64,000 nt of DNA, from assembly GCA_036154955.1 (NCBI GenBank), contig JAYZWL010000106.1:7053-71052 (forward strand), given 5' to 3'. Position numbers and translations under genes: made by a program. The notes beneath the pieces were generated by a model. That model did not search any database and was not told the DNA's origin. It worked only from the letters and a program-made list of their open reading frames with translations. The DNA comes from Pseudomonadota bacterium. Its GTDB lineage: Bacteria; Pseudomonadota; Alphaproteobacteria; Rhodobacterales; Rhodobacteraceae. This document shows positions 27,454-37,502 of the stretch, piece by piece (positions within the stretch are counted from its first letter, which is position 1; each line of letters begins with the position of its first letter).

Positions 27454-28854
27454 TCAGGCGTGGATGGCGCCGTCGCCGCAGGCCATCGCCGCCTCTTTCA
27501 CCGCCTCGGAGAAGGTCGGGTGGGCGTGGCAGGTGCGGGCCAGATCCTCGGCCGCGGCGCCGAATTCCATCGCCACGCAGACCTCGTGGATCAGGTCGCC
27601 CGCCGCCGGGCCGATGATGTGGCAGCCCAGGATCCGGTCCGTCTCCTTGTCCGCGAGGATCTTCACGAAACCGTCGCCGGCGAAGTTGGCCTTGGCGCGC
27701 CCGTTGCCCATGAAGGGGAACTTGCCGACCTTGTAGGCGCGGCCCTCCTCCTTCAGCTGCTCCTCGGTCTTGCCGACGGAGGCGACTTCGGGGCTGGTGT
27801 AGATCACGCCGGGGATCACGTCGTAGTTCACGTGACCCGCCTGGCCGGCGATGATCTCGGCCACCGCGCCGCCCTCGTCCTCGGCCTTGTGAGCCAGCAT
27901 CGGCCCGGCGATCACGTCGCCGATGGCGTAGCAGCCTTCCAGCCGGGTGCGGAAATGGTCGTCCACCACGATCCGCCCGCGGCCGTCGAGTTCGATGCCC
28001 ATGTCCTCGAGCCCGAGGCCCTCGGTGTAGGGCTTGCGCCCGGTGGCGACGAGCACGACGTCGGTCTCCAGCGAATGCTCGCTGTCGTCCTTGCGCAGCT
28101 TGTAGTTGACGGTCAGCCGCTCGCCCTTCTCCACCGACTGCACAGCGGCGCCGAGGGTGAATTTCAGGCCCTGCCGGGTCAGCAGCTTCTGGAAGCTCTT
28201 GCAGACCTCGCCGTCCATGCCGGGGGTGATCTGGTCGAGATACTCGATCACCTGCACCTCGGCCCCGAGCCGCTTCCAGACCGAGCCCAGCTCCAGCCCG
28301 ATGACGCCGGCGCCGATGACCACCATCGACTTGGGCACCTCCTTGAGCTCCAGCGCGCCGGTGGAGGACACGATCCGCTCCTCGTCCAGCTCCACGAAGG
28401 GGGGCACGGCGACGTCGGAGCCGGTGGCGATGACGATGGACTTCGCCTTGTAGGTCCCGCCGCTCTCGCCGTCGACGGTCACTTCGCCCTTGCCGGTGAT
28501 CTTGCCGAAGCCCTTGAGCCACTTGACCTTGTTCTTCTTGAACAGGAACTCGATGCCGCCGGTGTTGGAGTCGATCACCGTCTGCTTGTAGGCGAGCATC
28601 TTGGGCACGTCGATCGACACGCCCTCCACACCGATGCCCATCTTGGCGAAGTTCGCCTCGGTCTCGTGCACCAGTTCGGAGGAATGCAGCAGCGCCTTGG
28701 AGGGGATGCAGCCGACGTTGAGGCAGGTGCCGCCGAGCGTCGCGCGGCTTTCCACGCAGGCCGCCTTCAGGCCCAGCTGGGCCGCGCGGATGGCGCAGTA
28801 ATAGCCGCCGGGGCCGCCGCCGATCACGATGACGTCGAATTCGGTCTCGGACAT
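27454..28854 (-). CDS. lpdA: Dihydrolipoyl dehydrogenase (E3)
   Basis: [12 protein letters not shown], redox-active [13 protein letters not shown] and C-terminal HAHPT motifs. AGGAGG lies upstream of the ATG. Confidence 0.96.
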   Translation of the reverse strand: MSETEFDVIVIGGGPGGYYCAIRAAQLGLKAACVESRATLGGTCLNVGCIPSKALLHSSELVHETEANFAKMGIGVEGVSIDVPKMLAYKQTVIDSNTGGIEFLFKKNKVKWLKGFGKITGKGEVTVDGESGGTYKAKSIVIATGSDVAVPPFVELDEERIVSSTGALELKEVPKSMVVIGAGVIGLELGSVWKRLGAEVQVIEYLDQITPGMDGEVCKSFQKLLTRQGLKFTLGAAVQSVEKGERLTVNYKLRKDDSEHSLETDVVLVATGRKPYTEGLGLEDMGIELDGRGRIVVDDHFRTRLEGCYAIGDVIAGPMLAHKAEDEGGAVAEIIAGQAGHVNYDVIPGVIYTSPEVASVGKTEEQLKEEGRAYKVGKFPFMGNGRAKANFAGDGFVKILADKETDRILGCHIIGPAAGDLIHEVCVAMEFGAAAEDLARTCHAHPTFSEAVKEAAMACGDGAIHA

Positions 28855-28900
28855 CAGTTCCTCCTTGCGGGCGTCCGCCCGCCGGTTCGGGCCGCGCGCC

Positions 28901-29320
28901 TCAGAGCAGCGCGGCGAGGATCATCAGGACCGCGGCGGCGTTGCCGACCGCGAACACCACGCTGCGCCACGGGACCAGGCCGAAGGCGTAGCAGGGAACG
29001 TAAAGCGCGCGCGCGACCAGCCAGGTCCAGGCGCAGGCCGCGGTGAAGGCCGAGCCCGCGCCGAGCAGCGTGACCGTGAGCGCCGCGACCGCGTAGAGCA
29101 GCAGGGATTCGTGCATGTTGCCCAGCGCCCGGTGCAGACGGCCGCAGCGGGTGGAGAGCGTCAGCGGCTCGTCGCGATTGCCCAGCGTCTTGGCCGTCCC
29201 CAGTTCGAGATTGGCGGGGATCGCCATGGCGAAGAACTGCACGGTCAGCAGCAGGCCGCCGAGGCCGAGCACCACGATCTCGGTCCCGCCCAGCGGCACG
29301 AGGGGGGCTTCGCCGGTCAT
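28901..29320 (-). CDS. MAPEG-family membrane protein
   Basis: ATG at 29320 overlaps the upstream stop (ATGA). About 139 aa with 3-4 TM helices; ...[30 protein letters not shown]... resembles bacterial MAPEG proteins. Confidence 0.7.
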   Translation of the reverse strand: MTGEAPLVPLGGTEIVVLGLGGLLLTVQFFAMAIPANLELGTAKTLGNRDEPLTLSTRCGRLHRALGNMHESLLLYAVAALTVTLLGAGSAFTAACAWTWLVARALYVPCYAFGLVPWRSVVFAVGNAAAVLMILAALL

Positions 29321-29823
29321 GCCGCGGCCTCTTCCGCCCCGGCCTCGCGCGGCCCGGTCTCGCGCGGCAGGTAGACACGGCCCGTGGCCAGCACCGCGCC
29401 GCAGAGCGTGGCGGTCCCGTCCGCGTCCACCGCGTAGACGTCCGCCGCGCCCACGGAGGTCGAGCGGCCGAGCTGCATGACCCGCCCCACCGCGCGCAGC
29501 TGCACGCCCTTCGCGGGCGCGCACATCTTCACGGTGAAATCCAGCGTCGCCATGCGGGTGTTCTTGGGCTGAAGCGTCAGCACCGAATGCATCGCCGCCA
29601 CGTCGCCCAGCGTGCCGACCGAGCCGGCGGCGAAATGGCCTTCGGGGCCTTCCTGGCTGTCGGTCAGCGGAATTTCTATCACCGCCTGCCCGGGCTCCAG
29701 CGACACCACGCTCAGCCCGATGGCCCGGAAGATCGGGTGCAGCGCCAGCCGGCGGACGCCGTCCTCCCGGAAGTCGGGGTTGCGGGGCTCGGCGACGATA
29801 CGGGCGGCGAAGTCGGGCGTCAT
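29317..29823 (-). CDS. PaaI-family (hot-dog fold) thioesterase
   Basis: 168 aa. The ...HFAAGSVGTLGDVAAMHSV... region and overall pattern are typical of PaaI/YbgC-like thioesterases. Confidence 0.75.
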   Translation of the reverse strand: MTPDFAARIVAEPRNPDFREDGVRRLALHPIFRAIGLSVVSLEPGQAVIEIPLTDSQEGPEGHFAAGSVGTLGDVAAMHSVLTLQPKNTRMATLDFTVKMCAPAKGVQLRAVGRVMQLGRSTSVGAADVYAVDADGTATLCGAVLATGRVYLPRETGPREAGAEEAAA

Positions 29824-29893
29824 GCGCGGGCCTCGGCGGGGAAGGGGGGCGCCGCCCCGCTTGGGGACGGCGCCGGGTTTCAGGCGGAAGGGA

Positions 29894-31426
29894 TCAGAGA
29901 TCCATCAGCAGGCGGCGCGGATCCTCCAGCGCCTCCTTGACCCGCACGAGGAAGGTCACCGCGCCCTTGCCGTCGACGATGCGGTGATCGTAGCTCAGCG
30001 CCAGATACATCATCGGGCGGATCACGATCTGGCCGCCGACCACCATCGGCCGCTCCTGGATCTTGTGCATGCCCAGGATGCCCGACTGCGGGGGGTTGAG
30101 GATCGGGGACGACATCAGCGACCCGTAGACCCCGCCGTTGGAGATGGTGAAGGTGCCGCCCTGCATCTCGGCCATCGACAGCTTGCCGTCGCGGGCCCGC
30201 AGACCCAGTTCGCCGATCTTCTTCTCGATTTCCGAGAAGGACATCTGGTCGGCGTCGCGCACCACCGGAACCACCAGCCCGTTGGGCGTGCCGACGGCGA
30301 CGCCCATGTGGTAGTAGTTCTTGTAGACCACGTCGGTCCCGTCGATCTCGGCGTTGACGTCCGGGACCTCCTTCAGCGCGTGGATGCAGGCCTTCACGAA
30401 GAAGGACATGAAGCCCAGCTTCACGCCGTGCTTCTTCTCGAACACGCCCTTGTATTCGTCGCGCAGGTCCATGATCGCCTTCATGTCCACCTCGTTGTAG
30501 GTGGTCAGCATGGCGGCGGTGTTCTGCGCGTCCTTCAGACGGCGGGCGATGGTCTGACGCAGGCGCGTCATGCGCACCCGCTCCTCCCGCTCCGCGTCCG
30601 AGGCGGCGACGGGGGCGCGGGGGGCGGGGGCCGGGGTCGGCGCGGGGGCGGATTTCTGGGCCACGGCCTTCTGCACGTCCTCTTTCATGACCCGGCCGTC
30701 GCGGCCGGTGCCGGTCACGTCGCCGGGCTTCAGGCCCGCTTCTGCCATCGCCTTCTTGGCCGAGGGGGCGTCCTCCACATCCTTGCCCGACGCGGCGGGC
30801 GCGGCTGCGGCGGGGGCCGGCGCGGCGGCGGGGGTCGAGGCCGCGGCGGTCGCGCCCGCGGTCACCCGGGCCAGCAGTCCGCCGGCCTGGACGGTCTCGC
30901 CCTCCTGCACCAGGATCTCGGCGATGACGCCGGCCACCGGGCTCGGCGCCTCGACCGAGACCTTGTCGGTCTCCAGCTCGCACAGCATCTCGTCGACCGC
31001 GACCGCGTCGCCCACCTTCTTGAACCAGGTGGAGACGGTGGCCTCGGTGACGCTTTCGCCCAGGCTGGGGACCTTCACGTCCACGGTCTCGCCGCCGCCC
31101 GAGGGGGCGGAGGCGGAGTCGGCCGGGGCCTCTTCCGCGGCCGCGGCCGGGGCGGAGGCGGCGGGCTTCGGCGCGGGGGCCGCGCCCTCGCCCTCGACCA
31201 CGGTGGCCAGCAGCGCGTTGACGCCGACGGTCTCGCCCTCGGTCGCCACGATCTCGCCCAGCACGCCGGCGGCGGGGCAGGGCACCTCCACCGTGACCTT
31301 GTCGGTCTCCAGCTCGCACAGCATCTCGTCCACGGCCACCGCGTCGCCCGGCTTCTTGAACCAGGTCGCGACGGTCGCCTCGGTGACGCTCTCGCCGAGA
31401 GTCGGAACTCTCACTTCAACGGTCAT
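29894..31426 (-). CDS. sucB: 2-oxoglutarate dehydrogenase E2, dihydrolipoyllysine-residue succinyltransferase (two lipoyl domains)
   Basis: Two ELETDKV lipoyl-lysine motifs, a peripheral subunit-binding domain, and a catalytic domain ending ...[17 protein letters not shown]. Confidence 0.96.
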   Translation of the reverse strand: MTVEVRVPTLGESVTEATVATWFKKPGDAVAVDEMLCELETDKVTVEVPCPAAGVLGEIVATEGETVGVNALLATVVEGEGAAPAPKPAASAPAAAAEEAPADSASAPSGGGETVDVKVPSLGESVTEATVSTWFKKVGDAVAVDEMLCELETDKVSVEAPSPVAGVIAEILVQEGETVQAGGLLARVTAGATAAASTPAAAPAPAAAAPAASGKDVEDAPSAKKAMAEAGLKPGDVTGTGRDGRVMKEDVQKAVAQKSAPAPTPAPAPRAPVAASDAEREERVRMTRLRQTIARRLKDAQNTAAMLTTYNEVDMKAIMDLRDEYKGVFEKKHGVKLGFMSFFVKACIHALKEVPDVNAEIDGTDVVYKNYYHMGVAVGTPNGLVVPVVRDADQMSFSEIEKKIGELGLRARDGKLSMAEMQGGTFTISNGGVYGSLMSSPILNPPQSGILGMHKIQERPMVVGGQIVIRPMMYLALSYDHRIVDGKGAVTFLVRVKEALEDPRRLLMDL

Positions 31427-31438
31427 AGTCTAACTCCC

Positions 31439-34390
31439 TCAGCCGAGCGCGTCGGAGAGCAGCGTCTCCTGCTCCTGGCGATGCTTGGAGGCGAGCCCGG
31501 TCGCCGGCGACGCCGAGGCCGCCCGGCCCGCATAGCGGGGACGGCCATGAGCGGCGCCGATGCGCCCGAGCACCCATTCGATATTCGGTTCCACGAAGGT
31601 CCAGGCGCCCTGGTTCTTCGGCTCTTCCTGACACCAGACGATTTCCGCATCCTTGAAGCGCGACAGCTCCTTGGTCAGCGAAATCGCCGGGAACGGATAG
31701 AACTGCTCCAGACGCAGCAGATAGACGTCGTCGCGCCCCTCCGCGTCCCGCTTTTCCAGCAGGTCGTAGTAGACCTTGCCGGAGCAGATCACGACGCGCT
31801 TGATCTCCGCGTCGGGCTTGAGCGTCAGCTCCGACCCGCCGCCCATCTCCGCATCGTCCCACAGCACCCGGTGGAAGCTGGAGCCGGTGGCCAGATCGTC
31901 CAGCGTCGACACGCACTTCTTGTGGCGCAGCAGCGACTTGGGCGTGACCAGCACCAGCGGCTTGCGGAAGGTGCGGTGCAGCTGGCGGCGCAGGATGTGG
32001 AAGTAGTTCGCCGGGGTCGAGCAGTTGGCGACGATCCAGTTGTCCTCCGCCGAAAGCTGGAGATACCGCTCCAGCCGGGCCGAGGAATGCTCCGGCCCCT
32101 GGCCCTCGAAGCCATGGGGCAGCAGCATCACCAGCCCGGACATGCGCAGCCACTTGCGCTCGCCCGACGAGATGAACTGGTCGAACATGATCTGGGCGCC
32201 GTTGGCGAAGTCGCCGAACTGGGCCTCCCACAGGGTCAGCGTGTTGGGCTCGGCCAGCGAGTAGCCGTATTCGTAGCCCAGCACCGCGTATTCGGAGAGC
32301 ATCGAGTCCACGACCTCATACTGGGCCTGGCCGGGCTTGATGCTGTTGAGCGGGAAGTACCGCTCCTCCGTCTCCTGGTCGATGATGCCGGAATGGCGCT
32401 GGGAGAAGGTGCCGCGGGTCGAATCCTGCCCGGCGAGCCGGACCGGGTAGCCCTCGGTCAGCAGGGTGCCGAAGGCCAGCGCCTCGGCGGTCGCCCAGTC
32501 GATGCCGACGCCGGACTCGACCATCTCCTTGCGGCCCTCGTAGACGCGGGCGACCGTGCGGTGCGCCTTCACGCTGTCGGGGATGGTGGTGATCGCCTCG
32601 CCGACCTCGCGCAGCCGCTCGATCGGGACCGAGGTCGCGCCGCGCTGGTATTCGCCTTCGCCCGCGCCCATGCCCGACCACTTGCCGTCCAGCCAGTCGG
32701 CCTTGTTGGGGCGGAACTCCTTGGCGGCCTCGAACTCCTCGTTCAGGAAGGCCTGGAAGCGCGCCTTCTCGTCCTCGATCTCCCCTTCGGGGATCAGGCC
32801 GTCGGTCACCAGCCGGTCGGTGTAGAGCTGAAGCGTGGTCTTGTGCCGCTTGATGGTGTTGTACATCAGCGGCTGGGTGAACATCGGCTCGTCGCCTTCG
32901 TTGTGACCGAAGCGGCGGTAGCAGAAGATGTCCAGAACCACGTCCTTGTGGAACTTCTGGCGGTATTCCGTGGCCACCCGCGCGGCGTGGACCACCGCCT
33001 CCGGATCGTCGCCGTTGACGTGGAAGATCGGAGCCTCGACCATCAGCGCCACGTCGGTCGGGTAGGGGCTGGACCGCGAGTTGTGGGGCGCCGTGGTGAA
33101 GCCGATCTGGTTGTTCACCACGATATGGATGGTGCCGCCGGTGCGGTGGCCCTTCAGGCCCGACAGGCCGAAGCACTCCGTCACCACGCCCTGGCCGGCG
33201 AAGGCCGCGTCGCCGTGCAGCAGGATCGGCAACACCGCGGTCCGGTCCTCATCGTGAAGCTGATACTGCTTGGCGCGCACCTTGCCGAGCACGACCGGGT
33301 TCACCGCCTCCAGGTGCGAGGGGTTGGCGGTCAGCGACAGGTGCACCTTGTTGCCGTCGAACTCCCGGTCCGAGGAGGCGCCGAGGTGATACTTCACGTC
33401 GCCCGAGCCCTGCACCTCGTCCGGCGTCGAGGACCCGCCGTGGAACTCGTTGAAGATCGCCTTGTAGGGCTTGCCCATCACGCAGGCGAGCACGTTGAGG
33501 CGGCCGCGATGGGGCATGCCCACCACGATCTCCTTCACGCCGAGCGCGCCGCCCCGCTTGATGATCTGCTCCATCGCCGGGATCAGCGCCTCGCCGCCGT
33601 CGAGGCCGAAGCGCTTGGTGCCCATGTACTTGACCTGGAGGAACTTCTCGAAGCCCTCGGCCTCCACCAGCTTCGACAGGATCGCGCGGCGGCCCTGCTT
33701 GGTGAACTGGATCTCCTTGCCGTAGCCCTCGATCCGCTCCTTCAGCCAGCCGGCCTCCTCGGGGTTGGAGATGTGCATGTATTGCAGCGCGAAGGTGCCG
33801 CAATAGGTGCGCGAGACCAGCGCCACGATCTCGCGCATCGAGGCGGTCTCCAGCCCCAGCACCTGGTCGAGGAAGATCGGCCGGTCCATGTCGGCCTCGG
33901 CGAAGCCGTAGGACCGGGGGTCGAGCTCGGGATGCGGGGTCTGGGCGGTGATGCGCAGCGGGTCGAGATCGGCGGCCAGGTGGCCGCGGATGCGATAGGC
34001 GCGGATCAGCATGATGGCGCGCACGGAATCGAGCACCGCCTTGCGCACCTGGTCGTCGGAGACCTGGGCGCCCGTCTCGGTCGCCTTGGCCTTGATCTTC
34101 TCGCCCAGCGCCTTGGGGGAGACGTCGGCCTCCCACTCGCCGGTCAGCGCGCCGGTGAGGTCGGAGCGGTCGATCGGCGGCCAGTCGGTCCGCAGCCAGG
34201 ACGGGCCCGCGGCCTCCGCCTCGACCGCGCCGAGATCGTCGCCGAGCGAGGCGAAATAGTTGCGCCAGCTCTCGTCCACCGAAGCGGGATCCTTGGCGTA
34301 GCGCGCGTGGAGCTGCTCCACGTAGACCGCGTTCTGCCCCTGCAGGAAGGACGAGTTATGGAAGGCCTTGTTGGGGCTCTGATCCGTCAT
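31439..34390 (-). CDS. sucA: 2-oxoglutarate dehydrogenase E1 component
   Basis: ATG at 34390 (MTDQSPNKAFHNSSFLQGQNAVYVEQLH) is a typical SucA N-terminus. Full-length conserved E1o sequence. Confidence 0.97.
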   Translation of the reverse strand: MTDQSPNKAFHNSSFLQGQNAVYVEQLHARYAKDPASVDESWRNYFASLGDDLGAVEAEAAGPSWLRTDWPPIDRSDLTGALTGEWEADVSPKALGEKIKAKATETGAQVSDDQVRKAVLDSVRAIMLIRAYRIRGHLAADLDPLRITAQTPHPELDPRSYGFAEADMDRPIFLDQVLGLETASMREIVALVSRTYCGTFALQYMHISNPEEAGWLKERIEGYGKEIQFTKQGRRAILSKLVEAEGFEKFLQVKYMGTKRFGLDGGEALIPAMEQIIKRGGALGVKEIVVGMPHRGRLNVLACVMGKPYKAIFNEFHGGSSTPDEVQGSGDVKYHLGASSDREFDGNKVHLSLTANPSHLEAVNPVVLGKVRAKQYQLHDEDRTAVLPILLHGDAAFAGQGVVTECFGLSGLKGHRTGGTIHIVVNNQIGFTTAPHNSRSSPYPTDVALMVEAPIFHVNGDDPEAVVHAARVATEYRQKFHKDVVLDIFCYRRFGHNEGDEPMFTQPLMYNTIKRHKTTLQLYTDRLVTDGLIPEGEIEDEKARFQAFLNEEFEAAKEFRPNKADWLDGKWSGMGAGEGEYQRGATSVPIERLREVGEAITTIPDSVKAHRTVARVYEGRKEMVESGVGIDWATAEALAFGTLLTEGYPVRLAGQDSTRGTFSQRHSGIIDQETEERYFPLNSIKPGQAQYEVVDSMLSEYAVLGYEYGYSLAEPNTLTLWEAQFGDFANGAQIMFDQFISSGERKWLRMSGLVMLLPHGFEGQGPEHSSARLERYLQLSAEDNWIVANCSTPANYFHILRRQLHRTFRKPLVLVTPKSLLRHKKCVSTLDDLATGSSFHRVLWDDAEMGGGSELTLKPDAEIKRVVICSGKVYYDLLEKRDAEGRDDVYLLRLEQFYPFPAISLTKELSRFKDAEIVWCQEEPKNQGAWTFVEPNIEWVLGRIGAAHGRPRYAGRAASASPATGLASKHRQEQETLLSDALG

Positions 34391-34460
34391 GGCGTTGCAG
34401 GCGCGGAGCGCGCCCTCCCTTGCGAGCGCGGGGGCGGGCATGCCCCCGGCGAAGTCGGCC

Positions 34461-35018
34461 TCACGCCCCGGAGGGCGGGGGGCCGAAGCGGTTGGCGCCG
34501 GGCTCGCCGCGCGAGGCGAGCCAGACGACGAGCACGATATAGGCGATCAGCGGGGCGAACATGATGCCCAGCAGCAACAGACCGGCGCCGCCGGCCATCG
34601 CCGCCGCCGCCAGACCGGTCACGTCGAAGGATCCCGCCAGCCCCAGCACGCCCGCGGCCAGCGTCGCCAGCACCAGGCCCATGGCCCCGATGGCGTGCGG
34701 CAGCAGGCACCACAGGCCCGACCGGCCGATGTCGTGCAGCCGGCGCCAGTTGGCGGCCAGCATCGGCAGGAACACGGCGACCCCCAGCGCGGTCCCGATC
34801 GGCGCGGGGCCGGACACGGAGGCGGACGCGGCCTCCGTCGTGCCGGTGGAGACGGTCGCCGTCTCCGCCGTCCCGAACAGGATCGTGTCGAGGATTCCGG
34901 CGGCCAGGGTGGCGATCAGCGCGGCCAGCACGAAATACCAGAACTCCGACCGCGAGGCGCGGCCGGAGAAGGTCACGTATTTGCCCAGGCATTCCCGGAC
35001 GGCTGCGGCGAGGCCCAT
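34461..35018 (-). CDS. DUF805-family inner-membrane protein
   Basis: KYVTFSGRASRSEFWYFVL and WRRLHDIGRSG are the DUF805 signatures. Confidence 0.8.
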   Translation of the reverse strand: MGLAAAVRECLGKYVTFSGRASRSEFWYFVLAALIATLAAGILDTILFGTAETATVSTGTTEAASASVSGPAPIGTALGVAVFLPMLAANWRRLHDIGRSGLWCLLPHAIGAMGLVLATLAAGVLGLAGSFDVTGLAAAAMAGGAGLLLLGIMFAPLIAYIVLVVWLASRGEPGANRFGPPPSGA

Positions 35019-35044
35019 GGCTCCGCTCCCGTGATCGGTCGGCG

Positions 35045-35067
35045 CGCCGCCCCGGGAAGGGGCGGCG
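35045..35067 (-). other. GC hairpin between sucD and the DUF805 gene
   Basis: CGCCGCCCC-N5-GGGGCGGCG (9-bp stem), with no U-tract. Confidence 0.4.
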
Positions 35068-35076
35068 CTGAAAGGC

Positions 35077-35961
<885 letters not shown>

Positions 35962-36118
35962 TGACGTACTCCCTCTTTTCGCCTCCCGCACGCTTGGCGG
36001 AAGATGCTCCTGATCCGCCGGGGGCGCGCCGCTTGGGCGCCGTCTCCCGGCCGAAACCCCGGCGGCCGCGACGGGCGCGCCGGGAACGAATTCGCGTCGC
36101 GGACGCGGGGCCCCGCCG

Positions 36119-37306
36119 TCAGGCCGGGCCGCGCCGCATGGTCATCACCTGCCCGCCTTCCATCCCGCAGGCATAGGTCGCGGACCCTTGCCCGAAGGTG
36201 ATCGAGATCGGGCCGGAGGACGAGTCCACCTCGAAGCCGCCGCAGCTCTTGCCCAGGCGGGCTTCGACCAGCTTGATCTTGGCGGCGCCGCCGAACTGCC
36301 GGTCCAGCGCCTTTTCGACCGCCGACATCGCCACCTGAAGCGAGGCGCTGTCGGCCAGCACAAGGCACAGTCCGATCGACGGGTTGACCACCACCGACAG
36401 GCCCGGGCGCTTGGCCTCCGCGCCGTCGCCGCTTTGCTCGGTCAGGTCGAAGCCGTCGACCGAGAACTGCGACAGCGCGTTCTCGTAGTTGAACATGGAC
36501 GACAGGCAGTTGGTCGCCGCTCGCTGCAGGTCCATCGGGTTGAGCAGGGAGCCGAGCCCGTTGCGCCCCGCCTCCGTCGCCAGCCGTTCGCCCTGGGTCA
36601 TCGCCTGGGTCGAGGGGGCCGAGCCCGTGGACGGGCCGTTCAGCCCGCTCCGGGCGGGGCCGAAATCGGAGAGGCTGGCCTGCTGGGCGCCCGTCGCCGG
36701 GTTCGCGCCGGCGCCGGCGCCCGATCCTGCGGAGGACACGCCGGAGCCCGAGCCCGTGGCGTAAGGCGAAGCCGCCCCGGAATAGACCGCCGAGGTCGGG
36801 GCCGTTCCCGCCGTCATCGCCGACGATGCGACCGAGCCCGCGGTTTCCAGCGCGCCGGCGCCCACGCCCACGCCCGTCGCCGCGACAGAGCCGGCCGTTC
36901 CGGCCACGCTGGCCGCGGTTCCCGCCACGCTGACGGCCGTGCCGGCGACGCTCGCCGCCGTGCCCGCCGCGCCGGCCGCCGCGCCGACGGCCCCGATCGC
37001 GGCCGCGCCGCCGGCCACCACCGCGCCGCCGACCGCCGTGGCGCCGACCACCGCCGCGCTGCCGGCGGTGGAGAGCAGCGCCGCCGCCCCGCCGACCGCC
37101 GCCACAGCGCAGCCCGACACCGCGGGCGCGGCGACGACCACGACCAGCAGGGTCGCGGTCCGCCGCGGCGCCGGCCGCCAGACCTGGGCCGCGGGCCGCG
37201 CCGCCGGCCGGGGCGAGGGTTTGGACCGGGACGGAGCCGCGCCCGCGAAGCGGGACCCGAGCCACGCGCCGGCCTGCGCCTTGCGCGCCATCGCCGCGCC
37301 GTTCAT
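36119..37306 (-). CDS. Hypothetical lipoprotein with an Ala/Gly/Ser/Thr/Val low-complexity region and an unrecognised C-terminal domain
   Basis: Lipobox-like AVSGC (Cys66) after the hydrophobic LLVVVVAAP. The C-terminal ~150 aa have normal composition ([19 protein letters not shown]...). Fills the gap between sucC and sucD. Confidence 0.65.
   Translation of the reverse strand: MNGAAMARKAQAGAWLGSRFAGAAPSRSKPSPRPAARPAAQVWRPAPRRTATLLVVVVAAPAVSGCAVAAVGGAAALLSTAGSAAVVGATAVGGAVVAGGAAAIGAVGAAAGAAGTAASVAGTAVSVAGTAASVAGTAGSVAATGVGVGAGALETAGSVASSAMTAGTAPTSAVYSGAASPYATGSGSGVSSAGSGAGAGANPATGAQQASLSDFGPARSGLNGPSTGSAPSTQAMTQGERLATEAGRNGLGSLLNPMDLQRAATNCLSSMFNYENALSQFSVDGFDLTEQSGDGAEAKRPGLSVVVNPSIGLCLVLADSASLQVAMSAVEKALDRQFGGAAKIKLVEARLGKSCGGFEVDSSSGPISITFGQGSATYACGMEGGQVMTMRRGPA
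36881..36964 (-). repeat. Four tandem 21-bp (7-aa) coding repeats GTA(A/V/G)SVA
   Basis: The protein reads [28 protein letters not shown]. The DNA repeats are imperfect. Confidence 0.8.
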
Positions 37307-37467
37307 CGCCGCGCCCTCCGGCCGGAGGGCGCGGAGACCGCCGTCTCCGACAGGGGGTTGCAGGAGGTCGCCTCCGCCTCGGCGACGGGGACGCGCGCGC
37401 CCTCGCCCTCGCGAACGGACAGGGGCGTCGCCGGGGCGGCGCCTGTCCTCATTCGATGCCGGACCAT
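37303..37467 (-). CDS. Unlisted 54-codon ORF coupled to the lipoprotein gene
   Basis: ATG at 37467 lies 7 nt after AGGAGG and 35 nt after the sucC stop. Translation: [54 protein letters not shown]. Its TGA overlaps the lipoprotein ATG (ATGA). 49 of 54 codons end in G/C. Confidence 0.4.
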   Translation of the reverse strand: MVRHRMRTGAAPATPLSVREGEGARVPVAEAEATSCNPLSETAVSAPSGRRARR

Positions 37468-37502
37468 GATCAGACCTCCTGAAATTCCCTATCGGATAAG
37501 CG

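Noticed and set aside
29612-34564. Very long ORFs antisense to conserved genes. Examples: 29612..34564 (1650 aa, opposite sucA/sucB), 21646..25149 (opposite ftsK), 5744..9055 (opposite sdh), 38380..41835, 41435..44413, 45291..47801, 48293..50407, 60135..62138 and 3264..5738.
   Set aside because: Their translations are Arg/Gly/Pro/His/Ala-rich with no recognisable motifs. Each lies opposite a gene with unmistakable conserved sequence. Stop-poor antisense frames are expected at this G+C content.
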